In this document: positions 44,981-59,996 of the stretch, piece by piece
How positions within the stretch are numbered: position 1 is the stretch's first letter
Layout: each line of letters begins with the position of its first letter
Assembly: GCF_009914755.1 (NCBI RefSeq)
Contig: NC_060947.1
DNA length: 64,000 nucleotides
DNA from: the human T2T-CHM13v2.0 reference genome, Homo sapiens
Reading direction: 5' to 3' (one strand)
Made by a program: the position numbers and the translations under genes
The notes under the pieces: generated by a model
What the model saw: the letters and a program-made list of their open reading frames with translations, nothing else
Told to the model about the DNA's origin: nothing
Databases searched by the model: none

Positions 44981-47189
44981 TTGTCATTATCATTCGTCAA
45001 TCTTCCTAATCTCAGTAGCACTTTTAAAGATTTTGATCCTGTAACTGCTATGACACACCTTCTAAATGTCATTATATTTTTTAGCTGCCCTTTCCTGGTC
45101 TCATTTTCACAATCAATCTCCTTTACTGGGGCACTAAATGATAAAATACACCATGCCTCAATCCCAGGACACCAATTTCTTCTTGTGTTCTTCACAGTTT
45201 TCTTGAGAAGTCTGGTTTATTTCCATGCTTCAATTGGCAATTTATATACTGGTAACTCCCAAAATATATCTCCCTGTCACAGACCTCTATTCTGAACTCC
45301 ACATCTCAGTATCCAATGGGATTCTTGCCATCTCCACCCAGTTGAATAAAAGGTATTCCAAAATCATATGAATAATATGTAAATGCAAAATTGATATTTT
45401 TATCTCTCAGCTCTGTTTTTCTCATACTCACTGCTATTTCCGTGATTGGCGGTCACCAAGCCATTTTGTTATGCAAGCCAAAATCTAGGGGTCAAGATTA
45501 ATACACTCTCTCATCTATTGTATTCAATCCATTACAAGGTCCTATATAATTCTCATATATTTCCATATGTTAGCATCTCAACTGTGAAGACACCAATAGT
45601 CAAGTATATATTCTACAAGCTTGCACCTACAAGATTGATAAACATTAAACGCTGAAAATCTCCTGATATTCTAAGAATTACTAAGCCTGATTGCTGTCAG
45701 TTTCCCAAATTACTATGCTATAGGCATTCATATGGCAGTTAACGTTAGTTTCTAAACAAAATTGATAATTATGCTGTTATAGACATTTGGTTTTTAATAA
45801 AAATTATACATGAGCTATAAAAACATAACAAGATTACATGTCACTAAGAACTGATTTGGTTTCCAGTAATGAACTATAAGCAGTTACAACTAGATTTTGC
45901 GACTTCTTTAGTCACTTCTTTTAATGCATGAGCACCCCAGTTAATTATTGAGTTGACTTCATTTACATTTTCAGTGTCTGTCAAAATGAATATCAACCGT
46001 GTGTCTCAATAATTCAATAAATAAAGCACATGACAAAGTTGAGTTTAGATTTTAAGTACAGATTTTTTTAAAAAATTAAATAAAACTAATAATTTCATGT
46101 GAAACATCAAATCAGCTAAACATTAAATTAAATTCCTTAATCTGGGGATATCTTGAAGGCACATTGACTTGTAGCTATACTGAGGAAAAAAATGTAATAT
46201 ATGAAGCAAATTTAACTCAAATTTCTGTTCAAATGACATGATATTTTAGGATTATTGTAATGCTATAGAAAACTTTTTAATATCTCATATCACATTTGTT
46301 ATTCTAATAGTTTACAAGACCAGGATTATATAGTTCAGTTAACTCCTTTAAAGGATATTAACATCTTTCATTAAACAAAGGAAGGATAAGGAAAAACATG
46401 AATTTGACATCGAACATTATAGCACAAAGGTAGAAATGGCTTAGTGGATGAACTTTTCTGATCATTGGTTAAATTAACATTATCTAGACTGTTCTGAATC
46501 TGGTGATTTCAGATTTTAGAATCCTAGAATCTCAATAGAACTACAAGTATCCAGCCTAACTGCTTAACTAGTGAAATAATGTTTGTAACCTTTCTAAAGC
46601 ATGGTACCACTCCTACCAATGCCTTTAAAAACAATACTTTATGGGTCCCAAATCAACAACAACAACAAAAAATCTATATTCTGCCATCTGGTTTCCAATT
46701 GTCTTTCCAAAATTATTTCCTACTGTTTTTTTTCTCACACACTCTATGTTCCAGACAACAAATTACCAAGTATTCTCTGAACATATACAGAGTCTTCACA
46801 CCTCAATAACTTTGTCTCAACCCTTCAGTAATGCCCTCTCATCAACCGCAAATCTAAGTCATCTGTCAAGGTGTAGTTCAGATATCACGTCAAACATGAA
46901 GTCACACCAGACTGCTACATATGACAGTAATTTCTCCCTCTTCTAATGTTCCATCATACCCAGTGACTCACTTAGGTACTCACAACACTTTAATATGCAT
47001 TAAAATTATTTATGCAGAATTATTACAATTTAAAGTATTCTTTAAGCAGAACCCTCTTTTGATTTATCATTTTTTCCCTTTTAACACTGTTTCACTCACT
47101 GAGTGTTAATTGAGTGATAATTGTCTCACTGACAGAGAAAAGGGCAACATTTAAGTGAACTTCAAAGGGAACTGTCACTCACTGATTTC

Positions 47190-47509
<320 letters not shown>

Positions 47510-48943
47510 ACTGATTTCATTTTAATAAATGTAAGTGTTTCTTTGCTGAATATAAAGTGTAACTCTTATATTATATTTAGATTACATTTAGAAATCGTCA
47601 TGCATCAGATTCAGAATGGTGAAACAGTTAGGAGCCACAATGTAATTGCCAAAACAATAACATAGTTTAATTCTTTATCCTTATTCTTAAAAGACCATTG
47701 AAAGAGATACAATCATAATGACCTAAGTAATGGAGTAATGTATTTAGATTTGTATCTGATCTTGGCAAGTGCAATATTTCATTCATTAATGTATTTAGGA
47801 AAAAAACCTATATTGTTAAAGTTGTATATTATTTTCCTATGGAAGAAGGCCTAGCACAAAAATGAGGAACAGAATATTTTTCCAAAAAGTGGTGTTTCCC
47901 TGCCCTTTCCTACCCCTGCTGACCAATTTGCTCCACAAATATCTATTTTGAAATGTGTGCAGTTTGGTCCTAATAAGATTACCTTCTCATTAACCAAAAT
48001 GACTCCAAAAGGCATGGGGCGGAATAAAGAACAATGCAATCATAATAGAATTTTGGAAATTAAGATTTCTAGCAATCTTGGCCAACAAATGCTAAATTTA
48101 TTATCTAATACAAACAGAAGTATAGTAATGGTACATAAATAGAATAATAAAATGGAAGAGTTAGCCCAGAAATAAACCCTAGTATACATACAATTTTATA
48201 ATCTATGTAAAACCCTCAGTTCAGTAGGCAGATATATTATTTATTAAATAATACTAGAATAAATAGTTGACTATAGGAAACAATACTATTTACTTTTAAG
48301 ATACCAACATACATATTTTGTTTTAAAGAGATAAATAGTTAAAAAACCATAAATATGACTGTCATATTGTAAATATTTGAGCAACAGATTGGAAGAGAAA
48401 ACTATAAAAGTCTAAATACATTAAAATAAATTTGGTTTCTTAAAAATTTTAAGTTCACTTTGAATCTTAGAGAATGTCACTGTGCAAATTACAAAGATAA
48501 AGACAAATAGAGTGACTTGGTCTGTGATGCAAAGAAAGCATGATAATAAAACCTACAGAAGGATAACCTTTTAAAATATATACTTAAGGTTAAAATGCCC
48601 TTCTACCTAATAATATTTTTAAAAAACCAAATAAACTCTAAGGAAATGTGAGAGATTTTTCTTATAACTGCTATAGCCAAGACTCAGACTTGGGAATGGC
48701 ATAGAAAGAATATTGTTAGAACAATTAAAATAGGGGGAAAGGCAAAAAGATGTTTCTCTGTTCTAGGAAGAGGACCTTGATCATAGTACGCTGGCTGGTG
48801 ATTTTGACATTTTCTCAGGATTATGAGACAGGATAATTATCTTCATTTTGCCAGTACAGTTAGTTGAGGCTTGCAGAAATTTAATTACTTGCTCAAAAAC
48901 TCTTTAAACCTCAATCCTAGGTTTGGACCCTTTTACTGCGATT

Positions 48944-49583
48944 GCAGGTGCTGGGCCTCAGAAAACAATACCCCAAAAGGAAAGCTTCAGAAGCAGCCTG
49001 AGAAACAAAAGCTTTCCTATGACCTTGTCCTGTCCTCCTGTGTCTCAGTCCCTTTCTCCCCCAGGGCTAGCCATAGAAACTAGAATCCTTCTTCCTCAAG
49101 GCAGGTCATAGAAACCAGAACCCCTTTTCCCCAAAGCTAGTCATAAAATCTAAAAATATGACTCTTTAATTTCCCTCTGCCTTTCTGTGTAAAAACTGGC
49201 TATAAATAAATTATCTGACCCATTTTTTTTTACTGTAGGTCAAAAGACCTACATTCCAGAAAAGGGTCTGCCCCTTATCCAGAAAGAAAAAATGCATGCT
49301 CAGAGAGGCCAAGAAGAATCTAGACAGTCCTTGTTGGATTTTCCCACTAGCCTATTGGCATTAGATCATCTTTTTTGTCCAATCATATTTCAACACAGCT
49401 GTCTATACTTTGTTGAGCCTAAGCATAAAAATGAATAATTTCCTCTGTATCTTTGAGTCTTCATTCTGAAGGCTCCCGTGCATACATGTTAAGTACATTT
49501 GTATGTCTTTTCTCCAATTAATCTGCCTTTTGCAATTTGATTTTTCAGTGAACCTTCAGAGAGCCAAGCCTTTGGCCCCTACA
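48944..49583 (+). mobile_element. MER39-family ERV1 LTR
   Basis: CTCAGAAAACAATACCCCAAA..GCTAGCCATAGAAACTAGAATCC..CAGTGAACCTTCAGAG..GGCCCCTACA. Confidence 0.75.
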
Positions 49584-49864
49584 CAGGTAAATATTATTTC
49601 CAGTACACCAACAACTCTGCATGGCTTAAGTAATCCATAGAAAAATAAACTATAGCAAGTTTATAAAATAGAAAATAAACTACAAATATGATTACAAAAT
49701 GCTATACCAGTATTCATAATTGGTATTTTGGTGCATTCAAAACTAGAAAAGATCCAGTTCCCAGCAGGCATCTCTTCCAGGAAAATGAGCTGAATCAAAT
49801 CAGATGAACCATTTGTCTTAGTGGTGATAAGGCCTACTTTTTTTTAAATCTAATTCAGTGTGTA

Positions 49865-49898
<34 letters not shown>

Positions 49899-50386
49899 AG
49901 CACGTGGGTGTGTTTGTTTCCATACTGAAAATGTGATTACAAATTGAACAAATTCCATAAAAGTCAATGGCCCAACAAATTTCATTTTCTCTCTTTAAAG
50001 ACTGTATTACACAGAAAATTACATTAAATCCTACATAAGATAAGCATACTTAATAAATTTTTTAAATGAAAAGCAATATTTTGGCAGAGTCATGCAAGAA
50101 ATTCTATGTAGCAAATTGTAAAATGAGAAGATACAAGCTTATGTTCATTGCTTAGCAACAATCTAAGATGAATGCCCAGGAAATAATTGCTAATTATTAG
50201 AGGCAGGTAAAATTTAGAGGGGATAAAATATATCCTTGTTGAAACCTGTGAAGAAAATAATGCTTTGTTGCTGAGCTTAGGTCACTTTTGGACAGTGTAG
50301 AGGGCCCTATCTTTATTTCATAATCTGTTCCTTCTTCAAGCCCTGATTATTTCAACTGATGTTAACGAAATCAAAACATTTCACCT

Positions 50387-50750
50387 TGTGGGAGCCATAC
50401 GTTCTTGGCCCCCTAAAGGTTTGCTAAAAATCACTGACATGAGGTAGATTGATTAATAGGAGAAAAGGCACACACATTTAACCTGTATACACAGGAGCCT
50501 TCAGAATGATGAACCAATGTCCCAAAGAGTTACAGAAACTTATATACCATCCTGAGGCCACAGTAAAGAATGGAGACTCAGAGCATGGCCAGAAACAGGT
50601 AAATCAGATTTAAAGGCAAGACAGGTTAAGAGAAAGAGAAAGAAAGAAGCTTGGCTAGCAAAGGTGGCCTTGTTATGTAGATGAAGCTTCCCTCAGAGAT
50701 AATACATGGTACATGTTTCTTTTCAGATCTTTTAAAGGTGTCTGACTCTA
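50387..50750 (-). mobile_element. ERV1 (MER4-group) LTR fragment
   Basis: AAAATCACTGACATGAGG.AGATTGATTAATAGGAGAAAAGGCA..GGAGCCTTCAGAATG. Confidence 0.65.
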
Positions 50751-52395
50751 AGGGAGGCACAGCAAGATGGGCAAATAGAATCCTCCAATGGAATCACCAA
50801 ATTGAATGCTATCCACACAAAAAAACACTTTCATAAGAACCAAAAATCAGATTAGGTACCGGCTCAGCTGCAATAGGGTAGAATACCAGAAGTGCTTGTG
50901 GGATTCCCAATTCCAGACCTTGGCTCCTGGATGGCATTTCTGGACCTTTTCAAGGCCTGTGAGAAGCCCCTGCTACCCTGAAGGGAGAGTCCCAAGCCTG
51001 GGAGCACTCACCGCAAGCTGAGTGAAGAACCCTTGGACCTTGAGTAAACGGTTGTAGTCAAGCAGTACTCACCATGGGATGGGGATGGTGGTAGCCCTGG
51101 GGAGAGACTCCTCTGCTTGAGGAAATGGGAGGCAAAAACGGGAAGGAATTTGTCTTGCAGCCTGAGTGCCAGCTCAGCCACAGTAGAATAGAGCACCAGG
51201 TAGATACCTAGGGTTACCAACTCCAGGACCTGGCTCCTGGGTGACATCTCTGGACCTGCCTAGGTCCAGGGTGAACTAGCTGCCCTGAGGGGAAGTACAC
51301 AAGCATGGTTGGATTCTCCAGTTGCTGATTGTAGAGCCCTTGGGCCTTGAGTGAACATAAATGGTAGCCAGGCAGTGGTGACTGTGGGCCTTGGGTGAGA
51401 CCCAGTGCTGTGCTGGCTTTTAGTATGAACCAATGCAGTCCCAGTGGTGGTGGCCACAGGGGTGATCGTGTTACCCCTTCCACAGTTCCAGCCAGCTCAG
51501 CACAGAGAGAGACTCTGTTTGTTTGGGAGAAAGTAAGGGAAGAAAACAAGAGTGTTTGTCTGCTAATCCAGGGAATTTTCCTGGATCTTAATCAAGAATA
51601 CCAAAGCAATGCCTCTATAAGATTGCAAGAGCCACAGTATTACTGTGTTTGGGGTGCTCACTAATGCAGATACTGCTTCAGTGACCAAAGACTTAGGTCA
51701 CAAAAACGTCCCTTTGAATATCTGGAAAGCTTTCCCAAAAATACAAAGAATACAAAGATACCCAATTCTTCAATGCTCAGACACTAAAGAACATCCACAA
51801 GCCTCAAGACTATCCAGGAAAGCATGTCCTTGCCAAATGAACTAAATAAAGCACCAGTGACCAAGCCCAGAGAGACACAGATATGTGACCTTTCACAAGA
51901 ACAACTGAAAATATCTGTTTTGAGGAAGCTCAACGAAATGAAACATAACATAGAGAAGGAATTCAGAATTATATCAGATAAATTTAACAAAAAGATTGAA
52001 ATATAAAAAGAATGAAGCAGAATTCTTTGAGAAATGCAATTGACATACTGAAGATTGCATCAGTGTCTCTTAACAGCAGAATTGATTAAGCAGAAGGAAG
52101 AATTAGTGAGCTTAAAGACAGGCTATTTGAAACGACAGTCAGAGGAGACAAAAGAATAAAGAAGAATAAAGCATGCCTACAAGATCTAGAAAACAGCCTA
52201 AAAAGGGAAACTCTAAGAGGTATTGGCCTTAAAGAGATGGTAAAGAGAGAGATGGCGGTACAAAGTTTATTCCAAGGGATAATAACAAAGAACTTCCCAA
52301 ACCTAGAGAAAGATATCAATATCCAAGTATAAGAAGGTTATAGAACACTAAGTAGATTTAACCCAAAGAAGACTACCGCAAGGCATTTAATAAAC
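50751..52395 (+). mobile_element. L1 5' UTR plus degenerate ORF1 (L1PB/L1MA-type)
   Basis: CAAGATGG..AATAG start; ORF1-like GAAGAATTAGTGAGCTTAAAGACAGGCTATTTGAAA..AACTTCCCAAACCTAGAGAAAG. Confidence 0.85.
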
Positions 52396-52399
52396 ATTT

Positions 52400-53460
52400 A
52401 ATTAAACACAATAAAAAGTCCAGAAATATGGCCAATGAATTTTGGACATGCGTGCCAAGCTAATCTAAGGGAATAAAGAAGAGTTGTTTTAAAAAGCACT
52501 GTAACAATTGAATAACCAAATGGAAAAATGTACCTGGACACCAATCTTACACTACACAAATTTATTCAAAATGGATCTTAGGCTTCAATATAAAAGCAAA
52601 ATGTATAAAACTTACAGGATAAAATATTTCAGTCCTTGCTGTAGGGAAAGATTTCTTAGAATACAAAAAGAAAAGATAAATTGTATTTTATCAAATATAA
52701 AAAAGAACTTTTACCAAAATTCAAGAAATGAAAGACAAGTCATAAACCTAGAGAAAATACTAACAATACATTTACCTGAACAAAGAGCTTGTATCTAGAA
52801 TACATAAAGAATAATTCCACTTGATACTAAAATGACAACTAAAATACTGGACAATTTTCATGGTTAAATATTTCAGTAAAAGATATTCAATAAGCTCATG
52901 AATAAGTTCCCAACATTTTTACTCCTCAGAAAGATACAAATAAAATCCACAATTCAGATACCAATTCACGCCTTGTATAATGTCTGCAATTAAAAAGTGT
53001 CACAAAACCAAAAGCTGGCACGGATGTGAAGCAACTGGTACTTCATACACTGATATTAGGGCTGAAAAATGGTACAGGACTTTGAAAAACATTTTGGCAG
53101 TTTCTTAATAAGTTAAACACACACCGCCATATGATCCAGACCTTCTACTTCTAGCCCTTCTATTTACTCCAGAGAAATGAAAGCTTATGTTCATACAAAG
53201 ACATCTAAAAAATATGTTCATGGCCACTTTAATTACAACACTAAAAATGTGGAAAGAACCAAAATGTCCATCATTTGGTAAATGAGTAAACAATATGTGG
53301 TATAACTATAACTATACAATAGAATTCGGATTCACCGATGAAAAGGAACTGATTTTCTCATACACACAAAAGCATGTACAGACTTCAAATACATTTTTCC
53401 AAGTGAAGGAAGCAAACTGGACTACATATTGTATATATCCATTTACATGAAATTGCCATA
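52400..53460 (+). mobile_element. Old L1M ORF2 end/3' UTR
   Basis: Degenerate L1 motifs (CCATATGATCCAG, CCAAAATGTCCATCA, TCCATTTACATGAAA). Confidence 0.75.
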
Positions 53461-55171
53461 TATAAATTACCATTTAAACTTTTATGTCTATAGTACTAAA
53501 GAAAGATCATAAATATTTCAAAACAACCTTTAGTAATATGCCATCATGTCTCTATTTCTTTGACTTTTATTAATTACGAATATGGCATGTGCTCTGTGTA
53601 AAACTTCCAAAACAAGCAAATATTTCTTTGCAAAATAACCATAATTAGCCATCAAATGTGTATATTACCAAATGCAAACATATACATATATTTACATAAA
53701 TAACATTTATAAATCTAGGCACATATTTGGAAGTTGATAATTTTCCCTTTTTATTGATAATGTAACTTGAAGATGCTTTTCAGAAACATAAATAAATTTA
53801 CCTGAAAGATTATAAAAGTTGTACAGTAGTCACAATATGGACGCGCTATAATTTATCTCACAACTGCTTTGTCTTTTATGCATTGATACTTTTTTGCATG
53901 TATTTAAGTTAGTTGTGTCAAATACAGTCCTAGAAGTAGAATTAACATGCAAAAGGCATGCAAATTTTAAAACTTTGCTGGATCATCAAATTTATTTCCA
54001 GAAAGAGAGTAATATTTTAAACTCCTTTCATACTCTGATACTAGGGTAAAAATATAAAATTTATCTTAATCATATTTAATACACTTATCATTCTTTTATA
54101 CTTTTTGTATCTATCTTTGATGCTTTTTACTAATATCATTTGTTAACTTGGCTATGAATTCATTATTTGAAATAGCAAAATTGTTACATGTTAAGCATAC
54201 ATATATGTATATTTTGTTTTTACTCTCACTTATGTACTATAAGTTATTTCTGTATTGATTCAGATTTGAACTGTCTTATATAAAGTATATAAAATACTTT
54301 GCCAAAGCTGAATGTTATTAAATATTACATAATTATTGTAGATATAAGTTTTTTGCCATAGTTAATACAAATGGCACTTCATTTTCTTTATGGAAGATTT
54401 TGGGTGCTCTTATATAATTTCTCATCCAGGTCAACATTACCATCATCACCATTTATAAGAAAAAAAGGTTAATATTTTGATATTTTGTTCAGAACTATGC
54501 TTATATTTTTAAATTTTTTATATAATTTGTTCAAATCTGTATTATAATAAGAAAGAAACCTGGATTTCTTTGGCTTCTGTTACTTTTATGCTAGCTTTTC
54601 CTCTGCTTAATTTTGTTTTTACTGTCAGTGAAATTATTTTATTTATATGAATTAATTAGTTTATATAAATAATTTTAATTAAAAATAGCTATAAAATTTT
54701 GAAATACTTTAGCATGCTACGTATTTGACATATACATGAAATATGAAGAATATTAATGAAGTGAACAAATGTCTATCTACCAATATTGCGAGAGAAATAA
54801 GGACATATTACCAACAGGTGAACAATGACTTAAATGATGACAAACCTTTTGTTATAAACCAGGTGGCATTCGGTGGAAAGATGTCCTTGTCCTCGTGGAC
54901 TTTGAGAAGTACCTTCTCAATAGCATCCATGGAGATCTACCACCAGAGAAAATGGAGCTGAATCTTTACAAAGAGAAAAGAAAACAAATTGTCAACACAG
55001 GGTTCTATATGAACAAGACCATTCTTTGAAACTGAGAATAAGACATATGCACATAAACAGACCTGAGGCAATTCGTCTCTGAACAACCTGTAATTTACTT
55101 GCTCCCAGAAGCTCTACAGGCTGCAGGAAATGACACGTGAAAAACCAAACTTTGAAAATGCATGAAGGGTA

Positions 55172-55191
55172 AGATGCGCCCTCTGCTGGTG
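55172..55191 (-). promoter_or_regulatory. CTCF core motif
   Basis: Minus strand CACCAGCAGAGGGCGC matches the CTCF consensus CCASYAGRKGGCRS; binding not shown. Confidence 0.7.
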
Positions 55192-55706
55192 ACAAGAGGT
55201 AATGACAGTAGGTCGTAATTTCGGCCTAGAAATTTATGTAGCATCACAACTGTTTTATTGAATTGGTTACAAGAGAGTCACTAAGATTGGCTCAGAATCC
55301 TGGGATGGGCCATCAACCCCATCTTCTGAAGGAGAGGTTGTCAAAGAATGTGTAGAAATGTTTTTAATTAGCCTCAGATAAAAATCCAATAGAAGAACTT
55401 AAATTGAATAAAAAATTTCAATAAACATAAAAGTGGTGATAAAAGAGGAAACAAATTAAAAGAGAAAAACATAAAATGAAGGGAAAGATAGTCAACTTAA
55501 AAAAACTATTAATAATGACTTTAAATTGTATAAGGCCTAAACACCCCAATTAAAATTTAGTAGAGATTTTCAGATAAGAAAAAAAAGCAAGTTCCAATTG
55601 TAGACTCTTAATATGAAAGACAACTTACATTTAAAACCTAATTAGGTTGAAAATAATAGTATGGGAAAAGACAGCAAACAAAAGTAAGCATTAAAAAACT
55701 ATGTAA

Positions 55707-56008
<302 letters not shown>

Positions 56009-56011
56009 CTA

Positions 56012-56641
56012 TGTAAACCCAAAATAAAATTCGATGGCCTCCTGCAACAATCTGAGTGGACTATCTCCTCTGCCAGGGCACTCTAAATTTAACCTGAAAG
56101 ACTGGTTCAGGCCATGACTGGAAGGAGGTGTCAGACATACCTCATTATGCCCCCCTCCCTTGTGGAATTCAGGAAAAGCTGGCTAGCATTTAAGCTCAAC
56201 ACAGAACTTAAGTCTGATAAGAAACATTTACAATCTATTCTCTCTGAAGCCTGCTGCTTTCAGGCTTCATGTGCATGATAAAACCTTGGTCTCCATAACC
56301 CCTTATCATAACCCAGACGTTCCTTTCTACTGATAACTCTTTCAACTAATTGCCAATCAGAAAATTTTAAAATCTGCTTATAACCTGGAACTCCCCACCA
56401 TGATCCTGCCCTGGATCCCTCCAGTTGTCCTATCTTTCTGGGCTGAAGCAATGTATTTCTTAAATGTATTTGATTGATGTCTTATGTCTCCTGAAAAATT
56501 ATAAAACCAAGCTGTGCCCGGACCACCTTGGGCACATATTTTCGAGGTCCCCTGAGGGCTGTGTCATAGGCCATGGTCACTCACATTTGGCTCAAAATAA
56601 ATATCTTCAAATATTTTACAGTTTGACTCTTTTCATCAACA
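56012..56641 (+). mobile_element. MER4-family ERV1 LTR
   Basis: TGTAAACCCAAAATAAAATTC..GACCACCTTGGGCACAT..TTTGACTCTTTTCATCAACA. Confidence 0.85.
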
Positions 56642-57159
56642 GCTGGAATGGGTACACTAATGTTAGAAAAAAAGTAGCCTTTAAGAAAAAGAGTAATAAC
56701 TAGAGATAATAAGGGGTATTTCATTATTAAAGGATCCATTTAACATGAATACCAATAAACCTGAATATTTCAGTACCTGATGATAGAACTTCAAAGTACA
56801 TCAAAATGAAACCTGGTGGGTATTTCTTTTTTTTTTTTTTTTTGTAATTTGTGGCTCTCTGCTGAATTCTTAACCTTGCCTTTTATTTTCTTTCTGTCTT
56901 CCTCTGTCTCTCCGTCTCCCTCTTCCTGCTTTTTAAGTTCTACTCAGGGAAGAAGTGGTCTGATTGACCTAGTCTGTCTTGACCAGAAGAACATCTCCAA
57001 TGTACAAATGATCACATATTGCAGGGCTTAGTACATCACTGACAACTTCAATTGAGATTGTGATTTGTTAGATATAATTTTCTTGAAATCCTTGATACTT
57101 TCATTAAGGCCTACTATATGATTTTGTTTCATTAGTATGTGCTAATGTAGGAATATGTA

Positions 57160-57215
57160 TTTAGGTTGGTGCAAAAGTAATTGTGGTTTTTGCCATTACT
57201 TTTAATGGCAAAAAT
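57160..57215 (+). mobile_element. MADE1 MITE, 3'-truncated
   Basis: TTAGGTTGGTGCAAAAGTAATTGTGGTTTTTGCCATTACTTTTAATGGCAAAAA. Confidence 0.9.
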
Positions 57216-58284
57216 ATACACCTTATTTACTTCACTGTTTTCCCACTACACGGTACATCTGTAATGAATCTTTAGCATATGGCCCATACCTGACACAAGT
57301 GTACTAAAGAAACATTTATTAAATCAATTAAATGATAAAATTAATTGAAAGAATTTAAGGAAATTATGACAAAAAGATCCACTGCCAGTGAGTATCATGG
57401 TATCATGTACCTAAATACAAATTGATCTTAATTTTGTATTAATTGGCTTCAAGGATAAAAAGCTACAAACTAAAGCATATTTCAGAGAAAAAAAATAGGG
57501 TTTGTAAAGATATCTGCTTCCAGTAATGGGAGAATAATCTGTTTCAACAACCATCCTCCTGGGAAAATCTAGATAAACAAAAACAAAAAAAATCAAGGAC
57601 ATCTGTTTGAAGACAGAAATCCAAGGATGCAAAGATTTGAAGGGACAAGATGTCAGAAGAGTCACCCACCTGGTGAGAAAAAAATGTAATATTGCTTTTC
57701 CCTTCAAGCTTTTTGCTGATTCAAAAGAGGTGACTGAGAACATACAGGGCTAAGCAGAAACCTGTAGCTGAGGAGCTAAGCAGTTGAGCAGGACTTCAGT
57801 AGTCTCACTCACCCCAGGGAACAATATACGGATTCAGGGCCTTCCAAGGCCCTGGAAAATGCCCCAAGGGTTCATTTGGCATCCCTGAGGGTTTATGGCC
57901 TAAGGGTCCATATGAATCAGAAATAAAAAAAAACTCCTCACAAAACTTAAAGCCCAGCTTCAAAAGGTCGCAATCCCTGATTGCTATGAGATGAACTACC
58001 CTCATCTTAACTATCTCTCATTAGCAAAAACAAATGCTCCCTGGACGAAGATAAAAAAATCACCTAGGATTTCCAATTACCTCTATACTATTTCATACAG
58101 AAAATCAAGCATACAATCAAAACTAACTGTGCATGCAAAATATTAAAAATGCATGATTCAAAAACATTTTTGGGGTAATAAAATTTCTAGCTGACTTCTA
58201 GTTTAACTCCACTCTTGTCATAGAACATGCTGTGTATTAGTATTTGACCATTACCAAATCCTGATTAATAATCAATTTTTATGA

Positions 58285-58342
58285 TTTTAATGTAATACTT
58301 TTAATGTAATACTTTTAATGTAATACTTTTAATGTAATACTT
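58285..58342. repeat. 14-bp tandem repeat (TTTTAATGTAATAC) x4
   Basis: Direct inspection. Confidence 0.95.
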
Positions 58343-59658
58343 GAGGAGAATATGTTCTCTGCAGTTGTTGGGTCTGTTCTTTTCTTTATGTCAATTATGA
58401 CAATATTGTTTAAATATTCTGCTTTCTTAATATTTTATTCCTTGTTTGTTCTATTAATTTCAGAGATAGGTAAGTTAAATTACCTGAATCTCCTTTTCAT
58501 CCTGACCATTTCCTGCTTTTTTTGCTAAAAAAAAAGTTATTACATAAACAAAAGGTTAAGATGTTTATATTATTTTCCTCTTGGATTCAGCCTATTATTA
58601 TGTTGGAATAAACCTTTTTTTTTTCTTCTAGAAGCAATTCATCCGCTAAACCCACTTTGTCTAAGAACAATCACATCAACATTTTCGGTTAATTGTTCCA
58701 TTGTATTTTTTCCCATTCTTTTCTATAAGTTATGCAGTTTACATTTGAAATTATATAGATACCAACAATCATTAATGTTTAAAATGGAGTATCCAAACTG
58801 TTTAATCCCTGATATATGTGTATTTGAATCTTCTATATTATTTACAAGATATACTGAGTAGAAACCACCAAAAAAAACATTAACACAATAAAAAGACACT
58901 GTATTCCTCTAGGGGAAAAAAAAGACAGGATTATAGCATTAAACTTGAAAACGTGGGCATAATCTTAAGAAAAGTTAGAAAAAAACCCTTAAATTTGGGG
59001 AATCATTCAAAGAACCATTAGACAAGTGTGTTAGTCAAAAATTGTATCACATTTTAATAGCAGTTTGGATTTACTATAAATTCATATAATTATTTACAAG
59101 CTCCGTGATTTAGATTTCTTTTTAAGGCAGAAGTTATTTTAATTCCAGTGAAATAAATATTTAAAATTGTTTTTGCAGTTACAGATAGATAAGAGGATAA
59201 TACTAAAATCAGTTTCCACTACAGAAATCATCTGCAAAATGACAAATTTTAATGTGGGTTGCCTAATGTTGTATGCTCACCTTATTGCAGACATTTCTAC
59301 TGGACCATGATATCTCTCTTGATGCACGTTAACTTATTTCATTTAAGAACTGTTCAATGTCAGCAGATCATTATTTGAACCACAATCATAAGATATCCAA
59401 GCTCACTCTTCAGGAGACTCTAGTAGGATTATCTTTACTAAGGCTTCTTTATTTTACAGCAATTCTGGAGAGTCCATTCACTTGTAATGTTGTAACTTTA
59501 TTAACATTTTTAATATAATAAATTTAGCTATTTAAGAGTTATTAATTCCAGGGAGATGATGCTACATTTTGTTCTCATAGGGGCAATAATACATACATTT
59601 TAATTAAAAGTTAATTTCTAATTAAATACGGAGTTATTGATGTCAATAAAAATACTGA

Positions 59659-59996
<338 letters not shown>

